Shown: piece after piece, positions 12,150-24,004 of the stretch
How the letters are laid out: each line of letters starts with the position of its first letter
Position numbering within the stretch: the first letter of the stretch is position 1
NCBI GenBank assembly: GCA_038087875.1
Contig: CM075997.1
Location: 4,776,001 to 4,840,000, forward strand
Length of the DNA: 64,000 nt
Source: Malacoraja senta
Lineage: Eukaryota
Reading direction: 5' to 3'
The notes under the pieces: model-generated
Seen by the model: only the letters and a program-made list of their open reading frames with translations
Databases searched by the model: none
What the model was told of the DNA's origin: nothing
Made by a program: the position numbers and the translations under genes

Positions 12150-12455
12150 CCGGTGGCGCAGCGGTAGAGTTGCTGCCTCACAGCGCCAGAGACCCGGGTT
12201 CGATCCCAACTACGGGTGCTGTCTGAACGGAGTTTGCACGTTCTCCCCGTGAACCGCGTGGGTTTTCTCCGGGTGCTCCGGTCTCCTCCCACACTACAAA
12301 GACATACAGGTTTGTAGGTTAATTGGCTTCAGTAAAAATTATAAATTGACCCTGGTGTGTGTAGGATAGTGTTCGTGTGCGGGGATTGCTGGTCGACACG
12401 GACTCGGTGGGCCAAACGGCCTGTTTCCGAGCTGTATCTCTAAACTAATCTGAAC
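12150..12455 (+). mobile_element. HE1-like V-SINE, full length
   Basis: A box tggcgcagcgg, B box ggttcgatcc, V-domain gtttgcacgttctccccgtg...ctccgggtgctccgg. Confidence 0.88.
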
Positions 12456-12594
12456 TGATCCTCCTCCAGCATTTAGCCTCATGTCCTCGCCATGTTCTAT
12501 GTGGAAGACTTGCTCGTCCGATCCTTTTCAAATGTTTCCTCTCACCTTAAATCTCTGCCCTCCAGTTTGTGACTGCCCTACTCTGGGAAAGTGG

Positions 12595-13171
12595 TGGGCC
12601 TGGTGAGACCGCACCTGGAGTATTGTGTGCAGTTTTAGTCTCCTAATTTGAGGAAGGACATTCTTGCTATTGAGGGAGTGCAGCGTAGGTTTACAAGGTT
12701 AATTCCCGGGATGGCGGGACTGTCATATGCTGAGAGAATGGATCGACTCGGCTTGTATTCACTGGGATTTAGAAGGATGGGAGGAGATCTTATAGAAACA
12801 TATGAAATTCTTAAGGGATTGGACAGGCTAGAGGCAGGAAACATGTTCCCCATGTTGGGGGAGTCCAGAACCAGGGGTCACAGTTTAAGAATAAGGAGTA
12901 GGCCATTTAGGACTGAGATGAGGAAAAAAAAATCACCAGAGAGTTGTGAATCTGTGGAATTCTCTGCCACAGAAGGCTGTGGAGGCCAATTCACTGGATG
13001 TTTTCAAGAGAGAGTTAGATTTAGCTCTTAGGGCTAATGGAATCAATGGATATGGGGAGAAAGCAGGAAGGGGGTACTGATTCTGGATGATCAGCCATGA
13101 TCATATTGAATAGCGGTGCTGGATCGAAGGGCCGAATGGCCATTCCTGCACCTATTTTCAATGTTTCTATG
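12595..13171 (+). mobile_element. CR1-clade LINE 3' end
   Basis: Translates LVRPHLEYCVQF..KDILAIEGVQRRFTRLIPG...LGLYSL, the CR1 ORF2 C-terminus. Confidence 0.9.
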
Positions 13172-13242
13172 AGAAGACTGACCATCCATCTTATCGATGC
13201 CCCTCATGATGTCATATAAGGTCACCCCTCAGCCTCCTCAGC

Positions 13243-13512
13243 TTAGTTTAGTTTAGTTTAGAGATACAACGGGGAAATAATTCCTTCGGCCCACCAAGTC
13301 CGCGCCGACCAGCGATCCCCGCACACTAACACTATCCGACACACACTCGGGACAATTTACATTTATACCAAACCAATTAACCCACTGAACATCTTTGGAA
13401 TGTGTGAGGAAACCGAAAACTCAGGCGGTCACGGGGAGAACGTGCAAACTCCGTACAGACAGCACCCGTGGTCAGGATTGAACCCGGGTCTCTGGCGCTG
13501 TGAGGCTGCAAC
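13243..13512 (-). mobile_element. HE1-like V-SINE
   Basis: Reverse-complement match to the other copies. Confidence 0.8.
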
Positions 13513-13773
13513 TCTACTGCTGCGCCACCGTGTTTCGGTAAAACTGTAAATTGTTCCTAGTGTGTGTAGGATTGTGCTAGTGTCTACTCGGTGGGCTGAA
13601 GGGCCTGTTTCCACGGTGTATCTGTTAAGGCTAAGGCCTAAAGTGAATGAACATGAGGGGTAACGTTTTTACAGAGTGTATGGAACAGGCTGCCAGAGGA
13701 GGTAGTTGAGGCAGGGACTATAACAACATATAAAATACATTTGGACAGATACATGGACAGGAAAGGGTTACAG

Positions 13774-14814
13774 TAGGTATGTTACAAAACTTACCTTCAG
13801 TCGCGCTGTAATTCTGCCACTGGCCGTGTGCGCGATTTTGGCGCCTTTAAGGGGGGGCGGGGTTAAAACGCGGGTTTCTCCTCCCTTGTCCTGGTTAATA
13901 TTTTGTTGGAGTACAAGCGTTTGCTGAAGAATCGTTCCTAGTGGCGTTTTGTGTATTTTTTATTTTTATTAAATCGTCAATGTCAGCGCTAGAGTAATTT
14001 TAAAAGCAGCTCCTGAAGCGTCAACGCCGATAACGGGGACGGATTTCACACACGGGACAGGTAAACGAAAGTGGTTTCTTTAAATGTATAAAAGTGCTTC
14101 TTAAGAAGCCTTTAATTCACATTTTTTCATGCGACACGGTGATTTTATTCCCCGAATTAACGGCAGTATTTTTCATGCCAATACGGGGTTAAATTCACCG
14201 CAAATCAACGTTCCAAAAGATCGCGTTCCAGAAATCCTTACTCACAAGATGATTTAAATGCCCATTAATTTACAGGTATTAAACATTCAATTCCTTCCAT
14301 TTGGCCTGTAAATTCATGAAAATGAGATTAAAAAATTATGTTATATTGTGAATTATTGTGTGAATGTTATTTGGACACTTAGGCTATTTAAAAATGTTAA
14401 TCTATTCTTAAGAAATTGATAGATGTTTAGATCTAGTAATTGAATTTTGTAATTAGCTACAATTAGGTAACTAACTAATTATATGCTTTACTTTCATGTC
14501 TTCTAAGTAAGATTGTTTCATATTTGTTTCAGAATGCTTCAATCTATAATAACTGAAAATTTCTTTCAGTTATCTTAATTTTTAAGAAAGTTATGGGGTT
14601 TTAACTGTCCTCGATCACAGCTTTTGTGTTAAGTCAATGGAAAAGCAATAGGGAACAAGATGCTAATTTCCGAGTATGAAAATGGCCATAACTTCTTTAA
14701 TACTGAAGATATGAAAGTGAATTAAGTGTCAAATTAAACTTCTTTTTATGCTTTATCTGATGGGATAAATTGCAGACTTGATTTTTAAAATCTCAAAATT
14801 TTGTAACATTGCTA
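13774..14814. mobile_element. Non-autonomous TIR DNA transposon with 7-bp TSD, inserted in a CR1 3' end
   Basis: Termini taggtatgttacaaaactt and (reverse complement) tagcaatgttacaaaattt. TSD gttacag at 13767-13773 and 14815-14821. The host CR1 resumes on both sides. Confidence 0.85.
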
Positions 14815-14928
14815 GTTACAGGAATATGGCACATGCAGGCATGTGGGAATAGTATAGGACATGGGCAAGTTGGGCTGAAGGGCCTGTTTCCATGTTGTGT
14901 GACTCTATGACTCTATGACTGTGTGTGG

Positions 14929-15195
14929 GGGTGGCACAGTGGTGCGGCTGGCAAAGCTGCTGCCTCGTGGCGCCAGAGACCCGGGTTCAATCCTGACCTC
15001 GGGTGCTGTCTGTGTGTGAAACTTGTACGTTCTCCCTGTGACCGCGTGGGTTTCCTCCGGGTGCTCCGGTTTCCTCCCACATCCCAAATACGTGTGGGTT
15101 TGTAGGTCAGTTGGCCCTCTGTAAATTGCCCTTAGTGTGTAGGGAGTGGTTGGGCCCGAAGGACCTGTTTCCATGCTGGATCTCTAAACTAAACC
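14929..15195 (+). mobile_element. HE1-like V-SINE
   Basis: Head, V-domain and tail present. Confidence 0.8.
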
Positions 15196-15199
15196 TAGG

Positions 15200-15945
15200 G
15201 AGGCGCGGTGGTGCAGCAGTAGAGTTGCTACCTCACAGCGCCAGAGACCCGGGTTCGATCCTGACTACGGGTGCTGTCTGTACGGAGTTTGCACGTTCTC
15301 CCTGTGACCTGCGTGGGTTTTCTCTGGGTGCTCCGGTTTCCTCCCACACTCCAAAGACAATAGACAATAGACAATAGGTGCAGGAGTAGGCCATTCGGCC
15401 CTTCGAGCCAGCACCGCCATTCAATGTGATCATGGCTGATCATCCCCAATCAGTACCCCGTTCCTGCCTTCTCCCCATATCCCCTGACTCCGCTATTTTT
15501 AAGAGCCCTATCTAGCTCTCTCTTGAAAGCATCCAGAGAACCGGCCTCCACCGCCCTCTGAGGCAGAGAATTCCACAGACTCACCACTCTCTGTGAGAAA
15601 AAGTGTTTCCTCGTCTCTGTTCTAAATGGCTTACCCCTTATTCTTAAACTGTGGCCCCTGGTTCTGGACCCCCCCAACATCGGGAACATGTTTCCTGCCT
15701 CTAGCGTGTCCAAACCCTTAACAATCTTATATGTTTCAATGAGATGCCTCTCATCCTTCTAAACTCCAGAGTGTACAAGCTGTACAGGTTTGTAGGTTAA
15801 TTGGCTTGGCATAATTGTAAATTGTCCCTTGTGTGTGTGTGTGTGTAGGATAGTGTTAGTGTGCGGGGATCGCTGGTCGGCACGGACCCAGTGGGCCGAA
15901 GGGCCTGTTTCCACTCTACGTATCTAAAACTAAACTTAAACGAAA
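15200..15945 (+). mobile_element. HE1-like V-SINE split by an antisense CR1 3' end (15357-15780)
   Basis: SINE breaks at ccaaagac and resumes at tgtacaggtttgtagg. The insert translates (minus) FFSQRVVSLWNSLPQRAVEA and has a (ctattgt)n tail. Confidence 0.85.
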
Positions 15946-16519
15946 CCTAAACTTAAATCTACACGGTGGTGGATGGGACGGACTGCCTGTTTGTGAACAT
16001 CTCTGTAAAACACAGAGTCGCAAGGGTTAACTCCGAGAGAGCAGACAAAGACTCTGGCAGCTGAACTCCCATTGCCCCGGCCGTCTGAAGGACTGCCCGA
16101 GATGGCAAGTGGTTGCTGGCTCTGTGTATAGCTACTGATGGATGGTTTGGAGTTGACTTGGTGTAGCTACGCAGATGATTTATGTCCCTGCCTGATGTGT
16201 ACAGGTCAGATTGTACCCACAACACAATGACAGCTCCAAGGTTGTCCCAGTAACCCTTTCCTAACCTGACAACCGCATACTGGCTCCTTGGGAAAAATCC
16301 CTGCATCGGTCCCGAATTCGACAATCTTCCCTCCCATCCCAGACCAATATCATTATCAGGACTATGTGGGAAGCAACCGCAGGCGCTGGTTGAAAGGGAA
16401 GATAGACACAAAAAGCTGGAGTAATTCAGCGGGAGAAACAGCATCTCTGGGGAGGAGGAATGGGTCGAGACCCTTCTTCAGACTCAACATCAGCAGGGGG
16501 AATGGATGGGGCCGAACGG

Positions 16520-17555
16520 GCAAATGCAGCGAGTTGTGGACGCAGCCCAGACCACCACACGAACCAACCTCCCTTCCATTGTCTCCATCTACACCTCACG
16601 CTGCCTCGGCAAGGCCAGCAGCATAATCAAGGACCAGTCGCACCCCTGGCCACTGCCTCTTCTCCCCTCTCCCATCGGACAAATGGCATAGAAGTATGAA
16701 AACGCACACCTCCAGATTCAGGGACAGTTTCTTCCCAGCTGTTCGAAGATTCAAAGGTATTTTATTGTCACGTCTACCAATGAAGGTACAGTGAAACTCG
16801 ATTACCATACAGTCATACTAGAAAAAGCATCAACTACATAAAAGTTAACATAAACTTCCACCACAGTGGATTCCCCACGCTCCTCACTGTGATGGAAGGC
16901 AATAAAGTCCAATCTTCCTCTTTATTCTTGTGGCAGTCGAACCATCTGCAGCCGGTGATCGAAGCCCCCGTGATCGGGGCGGTCAAAGCCCCCGTGATCG
17001 GGCCGGTCGAAGTTCCTGCGGCTTGGAGCTCCCGAAGCCCGTCCCTAACCAAGGGACCGCAAGCTCCACGATGTTAAAGTCCGCAGTGCGGACGGAAATA
17101 CGATACGGAAAAAAATCGCATCTCCATCGAGGTAGGAAATTAGAACAGGTTTCCCCCCCCCGCCCCCTCCCCCCCACCACCACATAATACAAATCTAAAG
17201 AACAAGAAAACATACATTTAACACATACTAAAAATCAACAAAGAATGTACAGGACAAGACAGACTGTTGGCGAGGCAGCCACTGCAGCGCCACCCGGTGG
17301 TGGTATCAGACAACTGAATCACCCTACCACAACCAGAGACTGCAGTCCTGAGCTACCATCTACCTCATTGGTGACCCTCGGACTATCTTTGATCAGACTT
17401 TACCTTGCACTAGATGTTATTCCCTTATTATGTATCTGTACACTGTGGACGGCCCGATTGTAATCATGTATTGTCTTTCCGCTGACTGGTTAGCACGCAA
17501 CAAAAGCTTTTCACTGGACCTCGTTACACGTGACAATAAACTAGACTGAACTGAG
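16520..17555 (+). mobile_element. Rex1/Babar 3' end interrupted at 16744-17303
   Basis: QRVVDAAQT...FRDSFFPAV breaks after cccagctgtt and resumes at atcagacaactg. Confidence 0.8.
16744..17303 (-). mobile_element. Non-autonomous retroelement with Rex1-type tail (family of 23188-24004)
   Basis: Minus strand starts ggtggcgctgcagtggctgcctcgccaacagtctgt, contains gccttccatcacagtg, and ends tgacaataaa. Confidence 0.6.
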
Positions 17556-17644
17556 TGGAAATTTCACCAAAGTTCGAGGTATGATGGCAAGTTGCTGGAT
17601 CGCTGACATAGTGACTCCATATCAAGGACGCTGAGTACCTGGAG

Positions 17645-17945
17645 CTTAGTTTAGTTTAGTTTAGAGATACAGCACGGAAACAGGCCCTTCGGCCCATCGA
17701 GTCCAGCGATCCCAGCACACTATCACTACCCTACACACAATAGGGACAATTTACATGTACACCGAAGCCAATTAACCTACAAACCTGCACGTCTTTGGAG
17801 TGTGGGAGGAAACCGGAGCACCCGGAGAAAACCCACACGGTCACGGGGAGAACGTGCAAACTCCGTACAGACAGCACTTGTGGTCGGGATTGAAGCCAGG
17901 TCGACGGCGCTGTGAGGCAGCAACTCTACCGTGGCCACCGTGCCG
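17645..17945 (-). mobile_element. HE1-like V-SINE, full length
   Basis: Reverse-complement match including the (taaac)n tail. Confidence 0.85.
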
Positions 17946-19434
17946 TGTTGTCGGGGGGCCCGCCACGCCGGGATCCCTTTGTTCTCGGTGACACCAACCA
18001 TCCACCTTAAGGCAGAGATAGATAGATTCTTGATTAGTGCGGGTGTCAGGGTTTATGGGGAGAAGGCAGGAGAATGGGGTCAGGAGGGAGAGATAGATCA
18101 GCCATGATTGAATGGCGGAGTAGACTTGATGGGCTGAATGGCCTAATTCTGCCCCTATTGGTTATCACCTTATGACCTCGGCCGACTCTGGCTGACCCCA
18201 GCTGCGGAGCGCGCGGACTCCACCCCAGCTGTACCCCAGGTCCCCCACTCCGGGTGAAAAACCCACACGCAATCGGAACCGCTGCTCACATTCCGGAGGA
18301 GCGGAGGAGTCTGATTTCGGACCATCGGGATCTCCAACAAACGGATCCCGGATTATCCCTGTGTCATTGTACACGGATCGGGTGAAGATGTCGTCATAAG
18401 GTCATGTCATAGGTGACAGGAGCAGTTTAAAGCCATTCAGCCCATCAAGTCTACTCCGCCATTCAATCATGGCTGATCTATCTCTCCCCCTCAACCCCAT
18501 TCTCCCCATAACCCCTGACACCCGTAGGGTTTCGGCCCGAAACGTTGCCTATTTCCTTCGCTCCATAGATGCTGCCGCACCCGCTGAGTTTCTCCACCTT
18601 CTACCTTCGATTTTCCAGCATCCGCAGTATCTTCTCGACCACTAATCAAGAATCTGTCTACCTCCTCCTTAAAAATATCCACTGACTTGGCCTCCACAGC
18701 CGTCTGTGGCAAAAGAATTCCACAGATTCACCACCCTCTGACTAAAGTCAAATCAAGTCAAGAGTCAAGTGTGTTTGATTGTCTGATGTACTGACATCGA
18801 GCAATGACATTCTTACTTGTAGAGTCACAGTGTGGAAACAGGCCCTTCGGCCCAACTTGCCCATACCGGCCAACATGTCCCAGCTACACTAATCCCACCT
18901 ACCCGCGTTTGGTCCATTTTTCTCCAAACCTGTCCTATCCGTGTACATGTCTAACTGTTTCTTAAACGTTGGGATAGTCCCTGCCTCAACTACCTCCTCC
19001 GGCAGCTTGTTCTATACACCCTTTGTGTGAACATTTCATTTTTATGTTAGTTATAGTCACAAGATTAAATTGCAATCTGAAGAAGGGTCTCGACCCGTCC
19101 CTTTTCTCCAGAGACGCTGCCTGGCCGGCTGAGTTACTCCAGCACTGTGTTCCTGTGTTGGATGCAGTTTGTTGTATAGAACAACTTCACTGAAGAATTA
19201 GAGGAAATCTGGGAATCTACATCCATGTGGGAAAAGCTTCAAAGTGGCCCATTTCTTCCAGGAAATCTTGCTCGGTATCTTTATCCGTTAGGTATCTGTT
19301 CCCGGGGCTGTGTGTATCAGTTGTGTAAAGCCGCGTTTCGTTGCTCGTGTCCGACTGCCCGCTGTCGATGGTTCTGTGTGTGGTCTTGGAGCACAGTTCC
19401 CATTGCTGAAGATAGACACAAAATGCTGTAGTTG

Positions 19435-19704
19435 AGGGCCTGTCCCACTTACGCGATCTTTTCAGGCAACTGCTAGCACCCGTTGACCAGAAAGACGCTA
19501 CGACTCTTTGGAGACCTCTCACGACCATAGGAGACCTCTCACGACTATACAGGCTGTATGGTCGTGAGAGGTCACCATGTCGCCAGGGGTCGACTGTATG
19601 GTCGTGAGAGGATAGGTCTCCAAAGAGCCGTTGCGTCTTTCTGGTCGCCGCTGAATTTTCAACAGACAGTTGCCTGTAAAGGTCGCGTAAATGGGCCAGG
19701 CCCT
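19435..19704. mobile_element. PIF/Harbinger-type MITE nested in a Penelope repeat
   Basis: agggcctgtcccacttacgcga ... tcgcgtaaatgggccaggccct, inserted at the gagTAActcagc site of the host repeat. Left TSD is mutated. Confidence 0.8.
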
Positions 19705-20604
19705 TAACTCAGCGGGACAGGCAGCATCTCTGGAGAGAAGGAACGGGCGACGTTTCAGGCCGAGATCCTTCATTACTGAACACCGAGGAAGGGTCTCGCC
19801 CCGAAACGTCACCCATTCCTTCTCCCCAGAGATGCTGCCTGTCCCGCTGAGTTACTCCAGCATTTTGTCCTCCGTTGAATTGGCCGCTGACTGTTGCATT
19901 GGGAAGTATATCAGCTGCAGTCTCTCAAGGTACCGACGACATTGCAACCACTTTGCTCCACAGTGCGTATGATCCATGGGACTTCAAATAATCCCTGTCA
20001 GCTGCGCTGGCAAACGTCAAGAAAATATTACAAGATTTACGAGCCTCTTTTTAAAAAGGTTAATAGCAATCCTAAAAATGCAGCGGGATCTGGTCAGGGT
20101 AGATCATGAGGACACGGTAATCACCTTCCCATCCGTGGCTCCCAGCTTTAGACTTCACAGAGACAGTGAGAGGAAATAACTTTTTAGTACAACTTTTTTA
20201 CATATGAGTCACGTCTCATTCTGCTGATTAATTAATCGATTGATTGCAAAATACAGCATGGAAACGGGCCCTTCAGCCCATCCAGTCCACAACCACCATC
20301 AAACATGTCTTCTCACTTAGTTTAGTTTGGAGATACAGCACACAAACAGGCCCTTCGGCCCACCGAGACTATCAATTCACATTAGTTTCCCCACTGTTAC
20401 TCTTACGGTCCCGACCCAAAACGTCACCAATCCTTGTCTTCCACAGATGCTGCCCGACCCGCTGAGTTACTCACGCACTTTTTTTGTAAAGCAGCATCTG
20501 CAGTTACTTGTGTCCACGCCAGTTCTATGTTATTCCTACTTTCACATCCACTCCGCACACACTGGAAGCAATTCACAGAGGCCAGTTAACCTACAAACCT
20601 GGAT

Positions 20605-21115
20605 TAGACAATAGACAATAGGTGCAGGAGTAGGCCATTCAGCCCTTCGAGCCAGCACCGCCATTCAATGTGATCATGGCTGATCATCCCCAATCAGTAC
20701 CCCGTTCCTGCCTTCTCCCCATATCCCCTGACTCTGCTATTTTAAGAGCCCTATCTAGCTCTCTCTTGAAAGTATCCAGAGAACCTGCCTCCACCGCCCT
20801 CTGAGGCAGAGAATTCCACAGACTCACAACTCTCTGTGAGAAAAAGTGTTTCCTCGTCTCCGTTCTAAATGGCTTACACCTTATTCTTAAACTGTGGCCC
20901 CTGGTTCTGGACTCCCCCAACATCGGGAACATGTTTCCTGCCTCTAGCGTGTCCAAGCCCTTAACAATCTTATATGTTTCAATGAGATTCCCTCTCATCC
21001 TTCTAAACTCCAGAGTGTACAAGCCCAGCTGCTCCATTCTCTCAGCATATGACAGTCCCGCCATCCCTGGAATTAACCTTGTAAACCTACGCTGCACTCC
21101 CTCAATAGCAAGAAT
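20605..21115 (-). mobile_element. CR1-clade LINE 3' end, frame still open
   Basis: ORF 20684-21097 QRRFTRLIPGMAGLSYAERM...; (ctattgt)n tail. Confidence 0.9.
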
Positions 21116-21384
21116 AGTTTAGTTTAGATTAGTTTAGTTTAGTTCATAAGATCATGTGATCATAAGTGATAGGACCAGAATTAGACCATTCGGCCCATCA
21201 AGTCTACTCCGCCATTCAATCATGGCTGATCTATCTCTCCATCCTAACCCCATTCTCCTGCCTCCTCCCCATAACCTCTGACACCCGCACTAATCAAGAA
21301 TCTATCTATTTCTGCCTTAAAAATATCCACTGACTTTGTCTCCACAGCCTTCTGTGGCAAAGAATTCCACAGATTCACCACCCT

Positions 21385-21655
21385 AGTTTAGAGATACAGC
21401 TAGGAAAGAGGCCCTTTGGCCCACTGAGTCCACGCCGACCAGCGATCACCCGTACACTAGTTCTATCCTACACACTAGGGACAATTTACTGAAGCCAATC
21501 AACCTACACACCCGCCTGTCTTTGGAGTGTGGAGGAAACCGGAGCAGCCGGAGAAATTTCACACGGTCACAGGGAGAACGTGCAAACTCCGTGCAGGCAG
21601 CAGCCGTGGTCAGGATCGAACCCGGGTCTCTGCAACTCTACTGCAGCGCCACCTA
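21385..21655 (-). mobile_element. HE1-like V-SINE
   Basis: Reverse-complement match. Confidence 0.8.
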
Positions 21656-21659
21656 GTGG
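21646..21659 (-). promoter_or_regulatory. CTCF consensus motif
   Basis: Minus strand reads CCACTAGGTGGCGC, matching the CTCF core CCASYAGRKGGC. Binding is not shown. Confidence 0.45.
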
Positions 21660-22308
21660 GGCGACCATTCTACCACTGTGCCCTTTCACCCCTAGTTTGC
21701 ACTCAGACTGTAGAAGGGTCCCGTCCCAAAACGTCACCTATCCATGTCCTCCAGAGATGCTGCCTGAACCGCTGACGTTCCAGCACTTTATGGGGGTCAT
21801 TGTCCACGGTGAATAAAGAAATATAAAGTACAGAAAAGCCCAAGAAACCTTTTAGATAATAGACAATAGACAATAGACAATAGACAATAGGTGTAGGAGT
21901 AGGCCATTCGGCCCTTCGAGCCAGCACCGCCATTCAATGTGATCATAGAAACATAGAAACATAGAAAGTAGGTGCGAGAGTAGACCACCAGGCCCATCGA
22001 GCCCGCACCGCCATTCGCTCATGGCTGAACACTAAACAGACACCCTTACCCACAAACAGTAGACACAAGACACAGAACACAAGACACTACCCTCCCCTTT
22101 ATATCGCTATCACCCCTCTCCACCCCAAGAACCGCGTGATCTCCTGGGGGAGGCAAAAAAACGGATAAAAACCCAATTCGGGAAATAAATCCGGGAAAAT
22201 CCGTTCCTACTTTCTCACCATATCCCCTGACTCCACTATCTTTAAGAGCCCTATCTAACTCTCTCTTGAAAGAATCCAGAGAATTGGCTACCTTGGGCAA
22301 ACTGTAGT

Positions 22309-22535
22309 GACACACACAGAGTGCTGGAGGAACTCAGCGGGTCAGGAGGCATCTCTGGAGATCAGGGAGAGGTGGCGTTTTGGGCTGGGACCTTTCTTCA
22401 GACTGATTGGAGTAGTGGGGAGAAAGCCCTATTCCAATCAGTCTGAAGAAAAGGTCCCGTCCCGAGACGTCACCTGTCCGCGTTCTCCAGAGATGCTGCC
22501 TGACCCGCTGAGTTCCTCCAGCACTCTGTGTCTCT
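22309..22535. mobile_element. Penelope-like terminal repeats as a long inverted pair
   Basis: ~105-bp arms, e.g. cttcagactgattgga / tccaatcagtctgaag, around a short spacer. Confidence 0.75.
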
Positions 22536-22754
22536 TTGTGGACATACAGTTGTGAATCTGTGAGAGTGTTGGAGTTATTCCCAGGAGGCACAGTACACAA
22601 CTGGAGAAAGTTAAAACGAAACTGATGCAGGAATTCAGAATCGGGGAGGGTCCTGACCCAAAATGACCCAGAACATAGAGCCTTACAGCACAGGAACAGG
22701 CCCTTCAGCCCACCATCTCCATGCTGTAACACCTCCTCTCAGTCTGTACTAACC

Positions 22755-23120
22755 ACCCTGATCTCCCGGTTGCCCAGCTCCCACTCCCATTCCGAATCTG
22801 ACCTTTCTGTCCTGGGCCTCCTCCATGGCCAGAGTGAGGCCCACCGTAAATTGGAGGAGCAGCACCTCATATTTCGCCTGGGTTGTTTACACCCCAGCAG
22901 TATCAACATTGACCTCCAATTTCAGGTAGTCCTTGCTTTCTCCCTCCTTCCCCTCCCCTTCCCAGCTCTCCCACAGCCCACTGTCTCCACCTCTTCCTTT
23001 CTTTTTCCTTCCCCCCCCCACATCAGTCTGAAGAAGGGTCTCGACCCGAAACGTCGCCTATTTCCTTCGCTCCATAGATGCTGCCTCACCCTCTGAGTTT
23101 CTCCAGCATTTTTTGTCTAC
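22755..23120 (+). mobile_element. Penelope-like element 3' end (GIY-YIG endonuclease C-terminus plus terminal repeat)
   Basis: Translates SHSESDLSVLGLLHGQSEAHRKLEEQHLIFRLGCLHPSSINID, typical of Penelope ORF ends, followed by the terminal repeat. Confidence 0.8.
23025..23058 (+). ncRNA. Minimal hammerhead ribozyme-like motif in the Penelope terminal repeat
   Basis: CUGAAGA (23028-23034), extra A, stem II gggu-cucg-accc, GAAA, CG, UC putative cleavage site. Helix I is weak in this copy. Confidence 0.55.
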
Positions 23121-23187
23121 TTACGATGCCAAGTAAACTCACCTCCTCTGCCTGCACGTGATCCATATCCCTCCATCCCTCCATAAC

Positions 23188-24004
23188 ATCCGGGGGCGCT
23201 GCATGATGGCTGCCTCTGCCTACAGTCTGTTTGTTTTTCTGTCTTTTTTTATTTTTGGATTGTTTGGGGTATGTTTTGGAGGGTTTTTTCAGTGTTTTGT
23301 GTGGGGGAGGGATGGTAGGGTAAGGGGGGAACTGTTTTTCAGTCACTTCCTGGTGAGGCGACTATTTTCCGAGTCGCGCCCTTGCCCCCCTCCTCGCGGC
23401 CTACCAACTGGATTGGCGCGGCTTTTCCTGCCGGGGACCGGACCAGAGCTTCAGCAGCGGCGGGGCAGCGCTGGATACATCGCGGAGCGGGCGATGCCTC
23501 ACCTGGGATCGCCGTTTGAAGCTCCGGAGTGTCGGGCCTGCTGCTTCAACATTGCGGAGCTGTGGTTTGCGGAGCTCCCAGCGCGGGCGGCGCTGACCAA
23601 CATTGCCGAGTCCTGGGACCCTTTGCCGGGGGCCGCCAGCGTTGAATCTCCGCCCAGCTCGGTCTGTGGACTTCAGGAGCTTCGGACTCCGGTAGGAAGT
23701 GGCCGATTCGGATGGCCAAGCTGCTGAGGATGATCTTCCGTGCCGACGTCAGAGTTCCATCATCCCGGCGAGAGGGCCTGAACATCGGGGAACATCAACG
23801 AGGCGGTTGACTGAACTTTGGTGCCTTCCCTCACAGTGGGAAACTTTGATACCGCTGTGGGGATGTTTGTGTTGTGGACTATCGTGTTCTGTGTTTTTAT
23901 TTTTTTAATATTCGTATGGCTGTATGGGAAAGAGCATTTAGTTGTCTCAGTACTTGTACTATGGACAATGACAATAAAGTTGAATCAAATCAAATCAAAT
24001 CAAA
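23188..24004 (+). mobile_element. Non-autonomous retroelement, ~820 bp, Rex1-type tail
   Basis: Starts ccgggggcgctgcatgatggctgcctc, has a CpG-rich body, ends tgacaataaagttgaa(tcaaa)n. Interrupts an antisense CR1-like tail. Confidence 0.6.

Noticed and set aside
12150..12225. tRNA genes
   Set aside because: The A/B boxes belong to SINE heads that continue into V-domain and LINE-like tails; no complete cloverleaf seen.
15959..16444. 161-aa ORF as host exon
   Set aside because: Begins in a repeat, has no recognisable domain, and has no convincing splice context.
18180..18372. Tigger-like end (cggattatccctgtgtcattgta)
   Set aside because: No matching opposite terminus found, so it was not called as an element.
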